From the sequence record OR352952.1: DNA of 64,000 bases; one strand, given 5' to 3'. A program made the position numbers and the translations under genes. The stretch's first letter is position 1, and every line of letters starts with the position of its first letter. Under the pieces are notes generated by a model that was not told the DNA's origin, made no database searches, and saw only the letters and a program-made list of their open reading frames with translations. Of the stretch, positions 63,755-64,000 are shown piece after piece. Source of the DNA: Escherichia phage AV122.

Positions 63755-64000
63755 TCACTTTGAAATCATAGTTGGAATGACAGAATCAAGATAAGTCTTT
63801 AGCGCAATAGCTTCGTCTTTGTTTAATGTAATGATATGTGATCGAAAATCGTCAATTTGACGAATAGATACTACATCTCCCTCTTCATAGCATTTTGACA
63901 CATTTAAAATAGTTTCATCATTCTGATTGCAAGCGTTAGTAATAATAGCATTGCAATTTTTAAACCATTTTAAACTGTGTTTTCTTTCATTAGAATAATA
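63755..64000 (-). CDS. partial CDS (C-terminal 81 codons), paralog of 63227-63748; start beyond window
   Basis: Minus-strand frame open from window end to TGA at 63755-63757. Confidence 0.5.
   Translation of the reverse strand, partial: YYSNERKHSLKWFKNCNAIITNACNQNDETILNVSKCYEEGDVVSIRQIDDFRSHIITLNKDEAIALKTYLDSVIPTMISK

Noticed and set aside
1-64000. tRNA genes, rRNA, CRISPR arrays, group I introns, integrase/att sites
   Set aside because: None seen: no cloverleaf-compatible segments or repeat-spacer arrays were noticed, gene 39 and nrdD are uninterrupted, and the segment looks like a lytic T-even genome rather than an integrated element.

Overview
This window reads as a contiguous stretch of a T-even (T4-like, Tevenvirinae) phage genome, running from the 3' end of tail-fibre gene 38 and holin t, across the rIIB/rIIA junction, through the early/middle DNA-metabolism block (39, dexA, dda, modA/B, soc, 56, 61, 41, uvsX, 42, imm, 43, regA, 62, 44, 45, rpbA, 46, 47, a-gt, 55, nrdH/G/D, 49, nrdC) and into the nrdC-distal region of unknown-function ORFs. 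Nearly all genes are on the minus strand. All protein identifications come from reading the ORF translations and comparing them with what I remember of T4 proteins and their gene order; no database search was run. Features the ORF track does not explain include about 18 copies of a stereotyped early-promoter cassette, about 14 CUUCGG-type tetraloop hairpins, and several short genes missed by the 60-aa cutoff (stp, ac-like peptides, zinc-ribbon micro-proteins). The track also uses GTG/TTG starts, so several N-termini are over-extended. Differences from T4 as I recall it: gene 39 is uninterrupted (no gene 60 split), nrdD has no intron, the slot between uvsX and 42 holds a 282-aa GT-A-like glycosyltransferase instead of the 351-aa beta-gt, and a GIY-YIG endonuclease-like gene sits between 47 and a-gt. 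The best candidates for uncharacterised biology are a membrane protein / Pol-beta-fold nucleotidyltransferase / P-loop ATPase block (60.4-63.2 kb), four tandem coiled-coil-tailed paralogs (55.0-59.0 kb), a partial tandem duplication next to gene 61, and a plus-strand membrane micro-ORF between 56 and 61. No tRNA, rRNA or CRISPR array was found.
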